A stretch of 64,000 nucleotides of DNA from Angustibacter luteus (GCF_039541115.1 NZ_BAABFP010000002.1:1178001-1242000); one strand, 5' to 3'; shown: positions 39,068 to 49,247, numbered from the stretch's first letter. Notes: a model not told the origin generated them from the sequence alone. Numbers and translations are program-made.

Positions 39068-40057
39068 TCAGCCCTTGATGGCCCCGCTGAGCTCTCCGCT
39101 GCGCAGGAACAGCCGCTGGAAGACCAGGAAGATGATGATCGGCAAGGCCGTGGAGATGAGCAGCGCGGCGAGGAACACGTCGAGCTCGATGATCGGCTGC
39201 AGCGTCGGCAGCCGCACCGACAACGGCTGCTTGGCCGGGTCGGGCAGGACCAGCAACGGCCAGATGAAGTCCTTCCAGGCCGCGAGCACCGCGAACACCG
39301 AAACCACCCCCAGCACGGGCCGTGACATCGGCAGCGTCACGGACCAGAAGAGTCGCCAGGGGCCGGCGCCGTCCACCGTCGCCGCCTCGAACACCTCGCG
39401 GGGCAGGCTGTCGAAGAACCGCTTCATCAGGATGACGTTGAAGGCGCTGGCCCCGGCCGGCAGCACGACCCCCCACCAGCTGTTGATCAGGTTGCGGTGC
39501 ACCAGCGGGACGTCCAGCACCGTCAGGTACAACGGCACCAGCAGGACCACGGCGGGGACGAACAGCGTGACCAGGACCGCCGCGTTCAGCACCCGCGCGT
39601 ACCGCGGCCGCAGCACCGAGAGCACGTAGCCACCGGTCGTGGCCACCACCATCTGGCACGCCCAGGAACCCGCGGCGATGATGATCGTGTTCAGGAAGTA
39701 CCGGTCCAGCTGGACGTCGACCCAGGCGGTCTTGAGGTTCGACCAGTCGGTTCCGTTGGGCCACAACGCCATCGGGTGCCGCAGGGTGTCCTGGGTCGGG
39801 GTGATCGCCGACTTGGCGAGCCACAGGAGCGGGCCGAGCGAGGCGAGCACGAGCCCGACCAGCAGCAGGGTGTAGACCACCCGCCGGACGGCGCGCGCGA
39901 CCGGCCCGCGGGCGTCCCGGCTGGTGGTGATGCCGCGCGCGGTCGCGTCCTCGACGACCGGCGGACGACGGCGCCGGAGCCCGCGACGCACCGCGGGCTC
40001 GGCGAGGGCCCCGACGGTGGGGTCGGCGTCCCGCCGGGTGTCCAGCCCGAGCGTCAT
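39068..40057 (-). CDS. Carbohydrate ABC transporter permease (MalG-like)
   Basis: FFDSLPREVFEAATVDGAG and WKDFIWPL. Confidence 0.92.
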   Translation of the reverse strand: MTLGLDTRRDADPTVGALAEPAVRRGLRRRRPPVVEDATARGITTSRDARGPVARAVRRVVYTLLLVGLVLASLGPLLWLAKSAITPTQDTLRHPMALWPNGTDWSNLKTAWVDVQLDRYFLNTIIIAAGSWACQMVVATTGGYVLSVLRPRYARVLNAAVLVTLFVPAVVLLVPLYLTVLDVPLVHRNLINSWWGVVLPAGASAFNVILMKRFFDSLPREVFEAATVDGAGPWRLFWSVTLPMSRPVLGVVSVFAVLAAWKDFIWPLLVLPDPAKQPLSVRLPTLQPIIELDVFLAALLISTALPIIIFLVFQRLFLRSGELSGAIKG

Positions 40058-41010
40058 GAGTCGCTCCAGGACCGGGTGAGGCGGAAGAACAGGAGGGAGA
40101 ACAGCGCCAGGAACACCGCGAGCATCAGGCTCAGCGCGGCCGCGGCGCCGTAGTCGCCGCCCAGGCTGTTGCCGAACGCGTAGTCGTAGATCATCAGGAG
40201 CACCGTGGTGGTGGCGTTGTCCGGGCCACCGCGGGTGAACAGGTACGGCTCGAGGAACACCTGCGCCGTCCCGATGATCTGCAGGATCAACGTGATGAGC
40301 ATGACGCCGCGCAGCTGGGGCACCGTCACGTGCCACACCTTCCGCCAGGTGCTCGCGCCGTCCACGTCCGCCGCGTCGTACAGCTCCGCGGGCACCGAGA
40401 CGAGCGCCGCGAGGTAGATGATGACCGTCGCGCCCGCCGCGGCCCAGGTGGCTTCCAGCACCAGGGACGGCATGGCGGTCGTCGGCGAGTCCAACCAGGT
40501 GAACGGCCCGAGGTGGACCCAGCCCAGGATCGTGTTGAACACCCCGTCCGGGCTGGAGTCGTAGAAGAAGCGCCACAGCAGGACGGCGACGACCGGCGGG
40601 ATCACCACCGGCAGGTAGGCCAGCGCGGTGAACAGGCCACGGTGCCGGCGCAGGTCGCTCATCAGCACCGCGAGGAACAGCGGGATCGGGTAGCCGAAGA
40701 CCAGCGCCAGCAGCGCGAAGTACGCGGTGTTCCTCACCGCCGTCGGCAGCAGCGGGTCGGTGAGCACCTGCCGGAAGTTGTCCAGCCCGACGAAGACCGG
40801 GTCGGTGACCAGGTTCGTCGCCTGCAGGCTCATCACGACCGCGCGCACGATCGGGAACCAGGAGAAGTAGGCGAAGACGATGATCAGCGGGGCGGCGAAC
40901 GCCAGGGTGGTCAGCCCGCCGTCCTTGACCCACGTCACGGGTGTCCTGCGCCGCCGCCCGGCCGCAGGGCGGGGCGGGCGGCGGCGCAGGTGCTCAGTCG
41001 TGCTCGACAT
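40054..41010 (-). CDS. Carbohydrate ABC transporter permease (MalF-like)
   Basis: FVGLDNF and YLAALVSVPAELYDAADVDGAS. Confidence 0.92.
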   Translation of the reverse strand: MSSTTEHLRRRPPRPAAGRRRRTPVTWVKDGGLTTLAFAAPLIIVFAYFSWFPIVRAVVMSLQATNLVTDPVFVGLDNFRQVLTDPLLPTAVRNTAYFALLALVFGYPIPLFLAVLMSDLRRHRGLFTALAYLPVVIPPVVAVLLWRFFYDSSPDGVFNTILGWVHLGPFTWLDSPTTAMPSLVLEATWAAAGATVIIYLAALVSVPAELYDAADVDGASTWRKVWHVTVPQLRGVMLITLILQIIGTAQVFLEPYLFTRGGPDNATTTVLLMIYDYAFGNSLGGDYGAAAALSLMLAVFLALFSLLFFRLTRSWSDS

Positions 41011-41025
41011 CAGGTGCAGCGGTCC

Positions 41026-42405
41026 TTACTTGGAGAGCAGCGCCTGGGCCTGGGTGTTGGCCTTGTCCAGCACCTGGTCGACGTCCGCGTTCTTGTCCGT
41101 GAGCACCTTCTGCACCACGGTGTCGAGCAGGGCGTAGACCTCCTGGGTGTGCGAGACGGGCTCGGCCAGGAACTTCTGGCTGTTGATGCCGTTGGTGAAG
41201 TTCGCCATCTGGTCGATCGGGACGTTGACGTACGGCTTGATCCAGCCGTTGTAGGACGTCAGCGTCGCCGCGTCGAAGACCGGCAGCTGCGGGGTGCCGA
41301 CGGGCTGCTTGCCCTCGTTGAGCGTCTTCGCGTCCGCCTCGGCGGCGCTCTGCTCGCTCAGCTTTCGCATGTAGTACCAGTCGTTCCACTTGACCGCCGC
41401 GTCCGCCTGGGCCGGGGTGGCCTTGGCGCTGACGGCGGCGATGGAGCCGCCACCGAGGACGCCGGCGTCGCCGGATCCCAGCGGCACCAGGCCCAGTCCG
41501 TACGAGTCGGCCTTGACCTTGTTCTGCTGCACCAGGGCGTTGTAGACGTCCGAGCCGCTGATGTACATGCCGGCCTTGCCCGCCGCGAACGCCTGGTTGA
41601 TGCCGCCCCAGTCGAGCAGCGCACCCGACCCCACGGAGTTGTCCTCCCAGCGCATCGCCTTCAGGGTGTTGAGCACCTGCTTGGTCGCGTCGTTGTTGAT
41701 CGTGGCGGTCTTGCCGTCCTCGGACTCCATCCGGCCACCCAGGGTGTAGGTGAACGTGGTGAGGTCCCAGCCGCCGGTGTTGCCCTTGCTCATCGTCACG
41801 AAGCCCGGCTGGCCGGTCTTGTCGTGGATGGCCTTGGCGTCGGCCCGCAGGTCGTCCCAGGTCGTCGGGGGCTTGTCCGGGTCCAGCCCGGCGGCCTTGA
41901 ACAGGTCGCGGTTGTAGTGCAGCCCCATGCCGTAGACCCCGGTGGGCAGGCCGTAGATCTTGCCGTCCGGGCTCTGCACCGCGGCCAGCACGCTCGGGTT
42001 GAACTTGCTGGCGTACGGCAGCGCCTTGACCTGCTTGCTGACGTCGAGGATCTGGCCGCGCTCGATCAGGCCACGCCCATCGGTGAACGGCACCCGGAAG
42101 GTCGTGGGCAGCGTGCCGCCGGCGAGCTGGGCCGCGAAGGTCTCACCCTTCCACTCCCACTCCTTGGGGTCGATGGTGATGTTCGGGTTCGCCTTCGTGA
42201 ACTCGGCGGCCTGGGCCTTGAAGGTGTCGATGGTCGCCTGCTCCGAACCGGGGCGCCAGCCCTCGACCGAGATGGTGACCTTGCCGTCCTTGCTGTCCTT
42301 GGCCTCGTCGTTGCCCGCTGAGCTGCCGCAGGCCGCGAGCAGGCTCACCGCGAGCACACCGGCGAGCGCGCTCGCCGAGGCTGTGGTCCGTCGTCGTGAG
42401 GACAT
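41026..42405 (-). CDS. Carbohydrate ABC transporter substrate-binding lipoprotein
   Basis: Lipobox LAAC, DGKIYGLP and YNRDLFKAAGLDPDKPPTTWDD. Confidence 0.92.
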   Translation of the reverse strand: MSSRRRTTASASALAGVLAVSLLAACGSSAGNDEAKDSKDGKVTISVEGWRPGSEQATIDTFKAQAAEFTKANPNITIDPKEWEWKGETFAAQLAGGTLPTTFRVPFTDGRGLIERGQILDVSKQVKALPYASKFNPSVLAAVQSPDGKIYGLPTGVYGMGLHYNRDLFKAAGLDPDKPPTTWDDLRADAKAIHDKTGQPGFVTMSKGNTGGWDLTTFTYTLGGRMESEDGKTATINNDATKQVLNTLKAMRWEDNSVGSGALLDWGGINQAFAAGKAGMYISGSDVYNALVQQNKVKADSYGLGLVPLGSGDAGVLGGGSIAAVSAKATPAQADAAVKWNDWYYMRKLSEQSAAEADAKTLNEGKQPVGTPQLPVFDAATLTSYNGWIKPYVNVPIDQMANFTNGINSQKFLAEPVSHTQEVYALLDTVVQKVLTDKNADVDQVLDKANTQAQALLSK

Positions 42406-42498
42406 CGTCGTCGCTCCTTGGTGATGCGGCCGGCGCTGCCGGCTCGTCGTCGAACTTCGGTGGTGTCTCTGGTGGTGTCGCTGGTGGTGCGCGGTGGC

Positions 42499-44220
42499 TC
42501 AGGGCGTGGGGACGTCGAGCCAGACGGTGGTGTCCGCCGGTAGCCGACCTCCTTCCAGGGGGGCGCTGCTGAGCAGCACGCGGTCGTGCCGTGGGAGGTC
42601 GATCGGGACGTCTCGCAGGTTCGTGACGCTGACCAGGGACGGCCCGCGGCGGAACGCGAGCACGCCCTCGAGGTCCATCTCGTCGCCGGTCAGCCAGGTC
42701 AGGCTCCCGTCACCGAGGTCGGGGTGCTCCCGGCGCAGCCGCAACGCGGTGCGGTACAGCGAGAGCATCGAACCGAGGTCGCTGGCCTGGGCCTGCACCG
42801 TCAGGCCCGCCCAGTCGGCGGGCTGGGGCAGCCAGGACGGCGCCACCGCACCGCCGTTCGGCACCGCGCTGAAGCCGTACGGCGCCTGCTGTCCGTTCCA
42901 CGGCAGCGGCACCCGGCAGCCGTCGCGGCCCGGGTCGACGCCACCGGACCGCTCGTGCATGGGGTCCTCGAGGCGCTCCAGCGGGAGGTCCTCGACCTCG
43001 GGGAGTCCGAGCTCCTCACCCTGGTACAGGTACAGGCTGCCCGGCAGCGCCATGGTCAGCAGCGCGGCGGCCCGGGCCCGGCGGCGTCCGAGCTCGAGGT
43101 CGGTGGGGGTGCCGAACCGCTTGCGCTCGAAGGCGAACGAGGTGTCGGCCCGGCCGTACCGGGTGACGGTGCGGGTCACGTCGTGGTTGGCCAGCACCCA
43201 GGTGGCCGGCGCCCCGACCGCGCGGTGCATCTCGGTCGTGGTGTCGATCGAGCGGCGCAGGTCGTCGACCTGCCACGGGCAGGCCAGGAAGTCGAAGTTG
43301 AAGGCGGTGTGCAGCACGTCCGGGCGCAGGTAGCGACCGAAGCGCTCGACGTCCGGCAGCCAGATCTCGCCGACGAGCGCGCGGCCGCCGTACTCGTCCG
43401 CGATGCGGCGCCAGGCCCGGTAGACGTCCTGCAGCTCGTCCCGGTCGACGTACGGGTGCTCACCCGGGCCGGGCTCGTCGTCCAGCTCGGGCAGGGTCGG
43501 GTCCTTGACCAGCAGGGCCGCGGAGTCGATCCGGACGCCGGCCACGCCCCGCTCGAACCAGAACCGCAGGACGTCCTCGAACTCCGCGCGCACCTCCGGG
43601 CTGTCCCAGTTGAGGTCGGGCTGGCCGGGCGCGAACAGGTGCAGGTACCAGTCGCCGGGGGTGCCGTCGGCCTCGACCAGCCGGCTCCACGCCGGTCCGC
43701 CGAAGTTGGACTGCCACCCGTTGGGCGCCAGCTCGCCGTGCTCACCGCGGCCGGGCCGGAACCAGAAGCGCGCGCGCTCGGGCGAGCCCGGCCCGGCGGC
43801 CAACGCCTCCTGGAACCAGCGGTGCTGGTCGGACACGTGGTTCGGGACGACGTCCACGATCGTGCGCAGGCCCAGCCGCGCCGCGGTGGCGATCAGCTCC
43901 TCGGCCAGCGCGAGGTCGCCGAACGCGGGGTCGATGGCCCGGTAGTCGGCGACGTCGTAGCCGCCGTCGGCCATCGGCGAGGGGTACCAGGGGGTGAACC
44001 ACATGGCGTCCACCCCGAGGTCGCGCAGGTAGGGCAGTCGGTCCAGGACGCCCAGCAGGTCCCCGGTTCCGTCGCCGTCCCCGTCCGCGAAGCTGCGCGG
44101 GTAGACCTGGTAGATCGCGGCCGAGCGCCACCACTCGTCGTCGCCGGTCGTCGGCGGGTCGGTCAGCGGCGGGGCCGGCGGGGTGGCCAGCGGGCGGGGT
44201 GCGGCGTCCTGCACGGCCAC
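42499..44220 (-). CDS. GH13 alpha-glucosidase
   Basis: YQVYPRSFAD, DGGYDV, DVVPNH, GVRIDSA (nucleophile), VGEIW, NHD and YQGEELGL. Confidence 0.95.
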   Translation of the reverse strand: MAVQDAAPRPLATPPAPPLTDPPTTGDDEWWRSAAIYQVYPRSFADGDGDGTGDLLGVLDRLPYLRDLGVDAMWFTPWYPSPMADGGYDVADYRAIDPAFGDLALAEELIATAARLGLRTIVDVVPNHVSDQHRWFQEALAAGPGSPERARFWFRPGRGEHGELAPNGWQSNFGGPAWSRLVEADGTPGDWYLHLFAPGQPDLNWDSPEVRAEFEDVLRFWFERGVAGVRIDSAALLVKDPTLPELDDEPGPGEHPYVDRDELQDVYRAWRRIADEYGGRALVGEIWLPDVERFGRYLRPDVLHTAFNFDFLACPWQVDDLRRSIDTTTEMHRAVGAPATWVLANHDVTRTVTRYGRADTSFAFERKRFGTPTDLELGRRRARAAALLTMALPGSLYLYQGEELGLPEVEDLPLERLEDPMHERSGGVDPGRDGCRVPLPWNGQQAPYGFSAVPNGGAVAPSWLPQPADWAGLTVQAQASDLGSMLSLYRTALRLRREHPDLGDGSLTWLTGDEMDLEGVLAFRRGPSLVSVTNLRDVPIDLPRHDRVLLSSAPLEGGRLPADTTVWLDVPTP

Positions 44221-44295
44221 GCGTTCCTCCCAGATCCGGCGACATCGGCGGTTGGCTGATCTGAACGAGGAGGCTATTCATAGTGGACTAGATCA

Positions 44296-44309
44296 CGCAA
44301 GAACTTGAC
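44296..44309. promoter_or_regulatory. Putative LacI-family operator upstream of the GH13/ABC operon
   Basis: Reverse complement GTCAAGTTCTTGCG shares CAAG-N3-TTGCG with the site at 45529. Confidence 0.45.
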
Positions 44310-44360
44310 AGAAATACTTTTGAAACCCGACTAACTGCTCCACCCGCCGCGCCGCCGTCA

Positions 44361-44425
44361 CCGCACATAGCGCGCTATCCGGGCCCAGAACGCCGAAATG
44401 ACCCCACTAAGCGGGACAAGTGGGG
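44361..44425. repeat. Dispersed palindromic element, family C, copy 1 (degenerate)
   Basis: CCGCACAT..CGCTATCCGGG ... ACCCC...AGCGGGACA. Similar to 60738-60804. Confidence 0.55.
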
Positions 44426-44490
44426 CCAGCGGGGCTGGGGTGGGGTGGGGGTGGGATGGGGCGGGGGGGTGGGGTGGAGGTGGCGCTGGG

Positions 44491-45504
44491 TCAGGCGGGG
44501 TGACGCGCCGGGCCGGTCGAACGCCGGACGACGAGCTCGGGCTCGAAGAAGAGCTCGTCGCTGGACGCGTCCTCGCCACCGATCTGGCGCATCAGCAGGT
44601 CCACGGCGGCCCGCCCCATGGCCTCGATCGGCTGCCGGACGGTGGTCAGCGGCGGCTCGGTGCAGCTCATGAAGGCCGAGTCGTCGTAGCCGACGACGGA
44701 GATGTCCTCCGGCACCGACAGCCGCGCTCGCCGCACGGCCCGGATCGCCCCCAGCGCCAGCGGGTCGCTCGCACAGATCACGCCCGTGACGCCGCGGTCG
44801 ATGAGCTTGCTGGCCGCAGCCTGACCGGCCTGCAGCGAGTACTGGCTGCGCACGACCTGGTCGGCGCCGAGCTCGATCCCGGCCTCCCGCGCGAGCATCC
44901 GGGCAGTGCTCAGCTTGCGCTCCGAGGGCACGTGGTCCTCCGGCCCCAGCACGAGCCCGATCCTGTTGTGCCCCAAGGCGATCAGGTGCCCCATGGCCTG
45001 CTCGACGGCGCTGGCGTCGTCGCAGACGATCTGCGGCATGCCCAGGTCGTCGATCGCGGCATTGAGCAGGACGGCGGGCAGGTTGCGTTCGAGGATGCGC
45101 TCGTAGTGCTCGTGGTCGGCGTCCCGCTGGGAGTACAGGCCGCCCGCGAACACGACCCCGGCCACCCGCTGCTGCATCAGCAGGTCGACGAAGTCGGACT
45201 CCGAGACGCCGCCGGCGGTCTGGATGCACAGCACCGGGGTCAGGCCGTTCTGCGCCAGGCTCGCGCCCAGCACCTCGGCGAAGGCCGGGAAGATCGGGTT
45301 CTGCAGCTCGGGGATGACCAGCCCGACGAGCCGGGCCCGCTCCCCGCGCAGCTTCGACGGTCGCTCGTAGCCCAGCACGTCGAGCGCGGTGAGGACGCTC
45401 TCGCGGGTGGCGTCCGAGACGCCGGGCTTGCCGTTGAGCACGCGGCTGACCGTCGCCTCACTCACTCCGACGCGGCGCGCGACCTCAGCAAGTCTCCTGG
45501 ACAC
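44491..45504 (-). CDS. LacI family transcriptional regulator
   Basis: LAEVARRVGVSEATVSRVLNG, VPEDISVVGYDD and PPLTTVRQP. Confidence 0.96.
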   Translation of the reverse strand: MSRRLAEVARRVGVSEATVSRVLNGKPGVSDATRESVLTALDVLGYERPSKLRGERARLVGLVIPELQNPIFPAFAEVLGASLAQNGLTPVLCIQTAGGVSESDFVDLLMQQRVAGVVFAGGLYSQRDADHEHYERILERNLPAVLLNAAIDDLGMPQIVCDDASAVEQAMGHLIALGHNRIGLVLGPEDHVPSERKLSTARMLAREAGIELGADQVVRSQYSLQAGQAAASKLIDRGVTGVICASDPLALGAIRAVRRARLSVPEDISVVGYDDSAFMSCTEPPLTTVRQPIEAMGRAAVDLLMRQIGGEDASSDELFFEPELVVRRSTGPARHPA

Positions 45505-45528
45505 GGGCGCAAGTGTAGGACCGATTCG

Positions 45529-45542
45529 TGCAAGCGGTTGCG
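45529..45542. promoter_or_regulatory. Putative LacI autoregulatory operator
   Basis: TGCAAGCGGTTGCG, a near-palindrome with a central CG, just upstream of the TACACT -10 of the regulator gene. Confidence 0.55.
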
Positions 45543-45553
45543 CGACCTGCGGG

Positions 45554-46537
45554 CTAGGGGTGCCGCCCGCGTGGCCGCAGCTCGGCGTTCGGCAGCGGGG
45601 GCGCGGGCAGCGGCGGCCCGTCGTAGCCCGCCACCTGCCCGAAGCGGGTCCCGCCGAGCGGTCCGGCGCCGCCGTCCAACCCGTCCATCCAGGTCTGCCT
45701 CGCCTCGACGATCTCGGCGTGCGTGCGGGCCACGAAGTTCCACCACATGACGATCGGCTCCTCGAACGGCACGCCGCCGAGCAGCAGCAGCCGGGCGCCG
45801 TCCCGGGTGGAGACCGGCAGGGACTCCCGGTCCGTCCCCAGGTACAGCAGCCGGCCGGGGGACAGCGGCTCGTCGGCCACGACGGCCGCGCCGCGCAGGG
45901 CCAGCACGCCGTACTCGTACTGCGGGTCCAGGGGCAGCAGCCCGGACGACGTCACCTCCAGCTCCGCGCCGACGACCGGCGAGTAGACGGTGGCCGGGCT
46001 CACGACCCCGGCCAGCTCGCCCACCAGCACCGTCGCGCGCACCCCGTCCAGCTGGACCTGCGGCAGCTCGGCGACGTGCTGGAAGGACGGCTCCACACCG
46101 CGGGCGTCGTCCGGCAGCGCGATCCACAGCTGCGCCCCGTGCAGCCACGGCGGCCGGTCGACGGGTGACTCCTCCGAGTGCGAGATGCCGCGGCCGGCGG
46201 TCATCAGGTTGAGCTGGCCGGGGCGCACCAGCTGGTGCGTGCCCAGGCTGTCCCGGTGGTCGACGGCTCCGTCGACCAGCCAGGACACCGTCTGCAGTCC
46301 CACGTGCGGGTGCGGGGGCACCCGCATGCCGGGCAGGGCGATCACCGCGTCGGGACCGAAGGTGTCCACGAAGCACCAGGCACCGATCATCCGGCGGTCC
46401 CGGTGCGGCAGCGTGCGGTTCACCAGGTTGGTCTTGCTGATCGGGACGTCGCGGCCCTCGATCAGCTCGGTGACCGGCCCGCGCGGGGCGTCCGAGACGG
46501 AGACGGTCTCCGTCGGGTGCGCCTCCCGGTTGCTCAT
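45554..46537 (-). CDS. Pirin family protein
   Basis: PHPHVGLQTVSW, HRDSLG, MTAGRGISHSE, QLWIALP and MWWNFV. Confidence 0.94.
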   Translation of the reverse strand: MSNREAHPTETVSVSDAPRGPVTELIEGRDVPISKTNLVNRTLPHRDRRMIGAWCFVDTFGPDAVIALPGMRVPPHPHVGLQTVSWLVDGAVDHRDSLGTHQLVRPGQLNLMTAGRGISHSEESPVDRPPWLHGAQLWIALPDDARGVEPSFQHVAELPQVQLDGVRATVLVGELAGVVSPATVYSPVVGAELEVTSSGLLPLDPQYEYGVLALRGAAVVADEPLSPGRLLYLGTDRESLPVSTRDGARLLLLGGVPFEEPIVMWWNFVARTHAEIVEARQTWMDGLDGGAGPLGGTRFGQVAGYDGPPLPAPPLPNAELRPRGRHP

Positions 46538-46622
46538 GCAATCACCCTACGACCCCCAGCCGACATTCAGGGCGCATTCAGGTCACATCACCCGCCCGTG
46601 CCGGCGGGGGACCGGAACAGCG

Positions 46623-46659
46623 CAACGGCACCGCCCCCCAGTGCGGGGCGGTGCCGTTG
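46623..46659 (-). terminator. Hairpin downstream of bldC
   Basis: CAACGGCACCGCCCC / GGGGCGGTGCCGTTG perfect 15-bp stem. Confidence 0.7.
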
Positions 46660-46676
46660 GTCGCGTGTTCGGAAGC

Positions 46677-46877
46677 TCAGCTGCGCTGCTGCGGGATGCC
46701 CGCGAGCAGCTGACGCACCTCGTCCTCGGGGTAGCGGCGGTGCCCACCCAGGGTGCGGATGGAGGTGAGCTTGCCGGCCTTGGCCCAGCGCGTGACGGTC
46801 TTCGGGTCGACGCGGAACAGGGCCGCGACCTCCGCCGGCGTCAGCAGCGACTGCGCGTCGGGGCTCTTGGTGGCCAT
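46677..46877 (-). CDS. bldC: BldC family (MerR-like) transcriptional regulator
   Basis: LLTPAEVAALFRVDPKTVTRWAKAGKLTSIRTLGGHRRY. RBS GAAGGAG. Confidence 0.96.
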   Translation of the reverse strand: MATKSPDAQSLLTPAEVAALFRVDPKTVTRWAKAGKLTSIRTLGGHRRYPEDEVRQLLAGIPQQRS

Positions 46878-47046
46878 GACTTACTCCTTCACATGATCCG
46901 CGTCGGACGACGCGGTTGCTTGTACAAGGATGCCCCCTATGGGTGCCGTTAGGGAACATTCAGGACGGATCATTGTGTTCCGCTCCGCTGGGACTAGTTA
47001 GGTAGCCCATCCCGTGCACGGATGACTAGTCCGCGGATCTTCCGGC

Positions 47047-47883
47047 TCAGCAGGCCCTCGACAGGAGCCGCACCCGCTGCCACCGCGTAGTCCATCGGCG
47101 ATACGCCGCGGCCGCCGACGTCGCGTCCCCCTCGGCCAGCGCGGCCAGCCCGTCCGCGACGTCGGACGCCGAATCATCGCTGCTCAGGTGCGCGGCGTCC
47201 AGCAGGTGCGCGAGCCCGCCGTAGTCCAGCTCGACCAGGCTGCGCGAGTCGAACTCCTCCAGCCAGCGGGCGACCTGCTCGATCTCGTCCACCACGTCCA
47301 CGTCGCCGAGCCCTTCGCGGGCGGCCCGGAGCCCTACTGCCGCACGCCTTCTGGCGGACGACATGGCCGTCCGGTAGCGCAGCGAGGGCTCCGGGTCGAC
47401 GGTCAGCCTGCGCTCCTCGCCGGCGAACGGAACGAACCAGGACACCGGCACGTGCCACGCCGCGGTCCGCGAGAACAGCCGGACCTCACCACCCGCTCGG
47501 GTGAACGCCGCGAGGTCCGCGGCAGCCTGCTCGCGCAGCGCGACGGGCACCGCGGCCTCGCCGGGGAGCAGGTCACCGTCCTCGTCGGGACCGCCCAGCC
47601 GCTGCCAGACCTGCAGGCGTGGCTGCATCGGGCAGACGTACAGCTCGCCGTCCTGCTCGATCACCAGGCCGTGCCGGCTCTCGGCCGCCGGGACCGGCGC
47701 CGGCGGGCGTCCGGCGAGCCGCCGCACGGACTCGGCGTACAGCTCCGCCTCCACCTCCGTCGCCGACGGCGCGTCCACCGCGTACTGGGTCCAGCGCCGG
47801 CGCTGCTCCGGGGCCAGGTGGGCCACCGGCTCGTACACGCGCAGCTGCGCCTGGTACGGCGGGCGGCGGGTGACGGTGGGCAC
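47047..47883 (-). CDS. Conserved actinobacterial hypothetical protein found between bldC and vdh
   Basis: PYQAQLRVYEP, WHVPVSWF, WLEEF..SLVELDYGGL..DDSA, together with the gene context. Confidence 0.8.
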   Translation of the reverse strand: MPTVTRRPPYQAQLRVYEPVAHLAPEQRRRWTQYAVDAPSATEVEAELYAESVRRLAGRPPAPVPAAESRHGLVIEQDGELYVCPMQPRLQVWQRLGGPDEDGDLLPGEAAVPVALREQAAADLAAFTRAGGEVRLFSRTAAWHVPVSWFVPFAGEERRLTVDPEPSLRYRTAMSSARRRAAVGLRAAREGLGDVDVVDEIEQVARWLEEFDSRSLVELDYGGLAHLLDAAHLSSDDSASDVADGLAALAEGDATSAAAAYRRWTTRWQRVRLLSRAC

Positions 47884-48005
47884 GCCCCCCAGGGTGTCAC
47901 CTCTGGAGCGTTCTACGCTGGGGACCACGGGGTCGACGACGCCCCCGGACGGCGGGTGGTGGCCTCACGAGGGCCCCGCCCCGGCACCCCTGAGGAGTCA
48001 CCACC

Positions 48006-49127
48006 GTGACCAGCACCGCGACTGGCCTGACCACCCACCCGCCGAGCGAGGACGGCAGCGACGTCTTCGCCGGCGACCACGAGCAGGTGGTCTTCTGCCA
48101 CGACGTCGAGTCCGGGCTGCGCGCGATCATCGCGCTGCACAGCACCGCGCTCGGCCCCGGTCTCGGCGGCACCCGCTTCTACCCGTACGCCAGCACCCGT
48201 GAGGCGCTCGCCGACGTCCTGCACCTATCCCGCGGCATGACCTACAAGAACGCCGTCGCCGGGCTGGACCACGGCGGCGGCAAGGCCGTGATCATCGGCG
48301 ACCCGGCCCGGGACAAGACCCCCGAGCTGCTGCGCGCCTACGGCCGGTTCGTGCAGAGCCTCGGCGGTCGGTACGTCACGGCGTGCGACGTCGGCACGTA
48401 CGTCGCCGACATGGACGTCGTCGCGCAGACCTGCGACTTCGTCACCGGGCGCAGCGAGGCGGACGGCGGGGCGGGCGACTCCTCCGTGCTGACCGCGCTG
48501 GGCGTCTTCCAGGGCATGCGGGCCGCGGCCGCGCACCGCTGGGGCGAGCCCACGCTGGCCGGCCGCCGGGTCGGGGTCGCCGGGGTCGGCAAGGTCGGTC
48601 ACCTGCTGGCCGGGCTGCTGCTCCAGGACGGCGCGGACGTCGTCGTGACCGACGTGTCGGAGGCGGCGCTCGCGCGGGTGCGCGCCGAGCACCCGGAGGT
48701 CACGACCGTCGGCTCGACGGCGGAGCTGGTGGTCGCCGACCTGGACGTGTACGCCCCGTGCGCCCTGGGCGACGCCCTCACCCCGGAGGTCGTCGACGGC
48801 CTGCGGGCGAGCATCGTGTGCGGCGCCGCGAACAACCAGCTCGCCGAACCGGCGGTGGCCGACCAGCTGATGGCCCGCGCGATCACCTACACGCCCGACT
48901 ACCTGGTCAACTCCGGCGGGGTGATCCAGGTCGCCGACGAGCTGCACGGCTTCTCGTTCGAGCGGGCGCGTGAGCGCACCCTGAAGATCTTCGACGCCAC
49001 GGCTGCCGTGCTCGCGGAGGCGGACGCCGAGCACGTGGCCCCATCGGTCGCGGCCGACCGGCTGGCCGAGCGACGGATCGCCGGCGTTGCGCCGAACGAG
49101 CGGCTCTTCCTGCCTGGGCGCCGATGA
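48006..49127 (+). CDS. vdh: Glu/Leu/Phe/Val dehydrogenase (valine/leucine dehydrogenase)
   Basis: [33 protein letters not shown] and CGAANNQL. Confidence 0.92.
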   Translation: MTSTATGLTTHPPSEDGSDVFAGDHEQVVFCHDVESGLRAIIALHSTALGPGLGGTRFYPYASTREALADVLHLSRGMTYKNAVAGLDHGGGKAVIIGDPARDKTPELLRAYGRFVQSLGGRYVTACDVGTYVADMDVVAQTCDFVTGRSEADGGAGDSSVLTALGVFQGMRAAAAHRWGEPTLAGRRVGVAGVGKVGHLLAGLLLQDGADVVVTDVSEAALARVRAEHPEVTTVGSTAELVVADLDVYAPCALGDALTPEVVDGLRASIVCGAANNQLAEPAVADQLMARAITYTPDYLVNSGGVIQVADELHGFSFERARERTLKIFDATAAVLAEADAEHVAPSVAADRLAERRIAGVAPNERLFLPGRR

Positions 49128-49247
49128 GGGCACCGGCCCCGCTAGGTGGAACCCGCCGGGACAATGTACCGTTGGGCCTACGACGAGATCACTTGATTCC
49201 GGGGCCGCTTCTCGCCGCCCCGGTCGACGCATGAGGGGGTCGACGCT

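Noticed and set aside
42459..42492. 12-bp GGTGGTGTC.CT repeats between the GH13 and binding-protein genes
   Set aside because: Only about three degenerate low-complexity copies, plausibly from slippage.
46677..46877. Excisionase-like HTH suggesting a prophage or integrative element
   Set aside because: The sequence and context match chromosomal BldC. No integrase, att site or phage genes are nearby.
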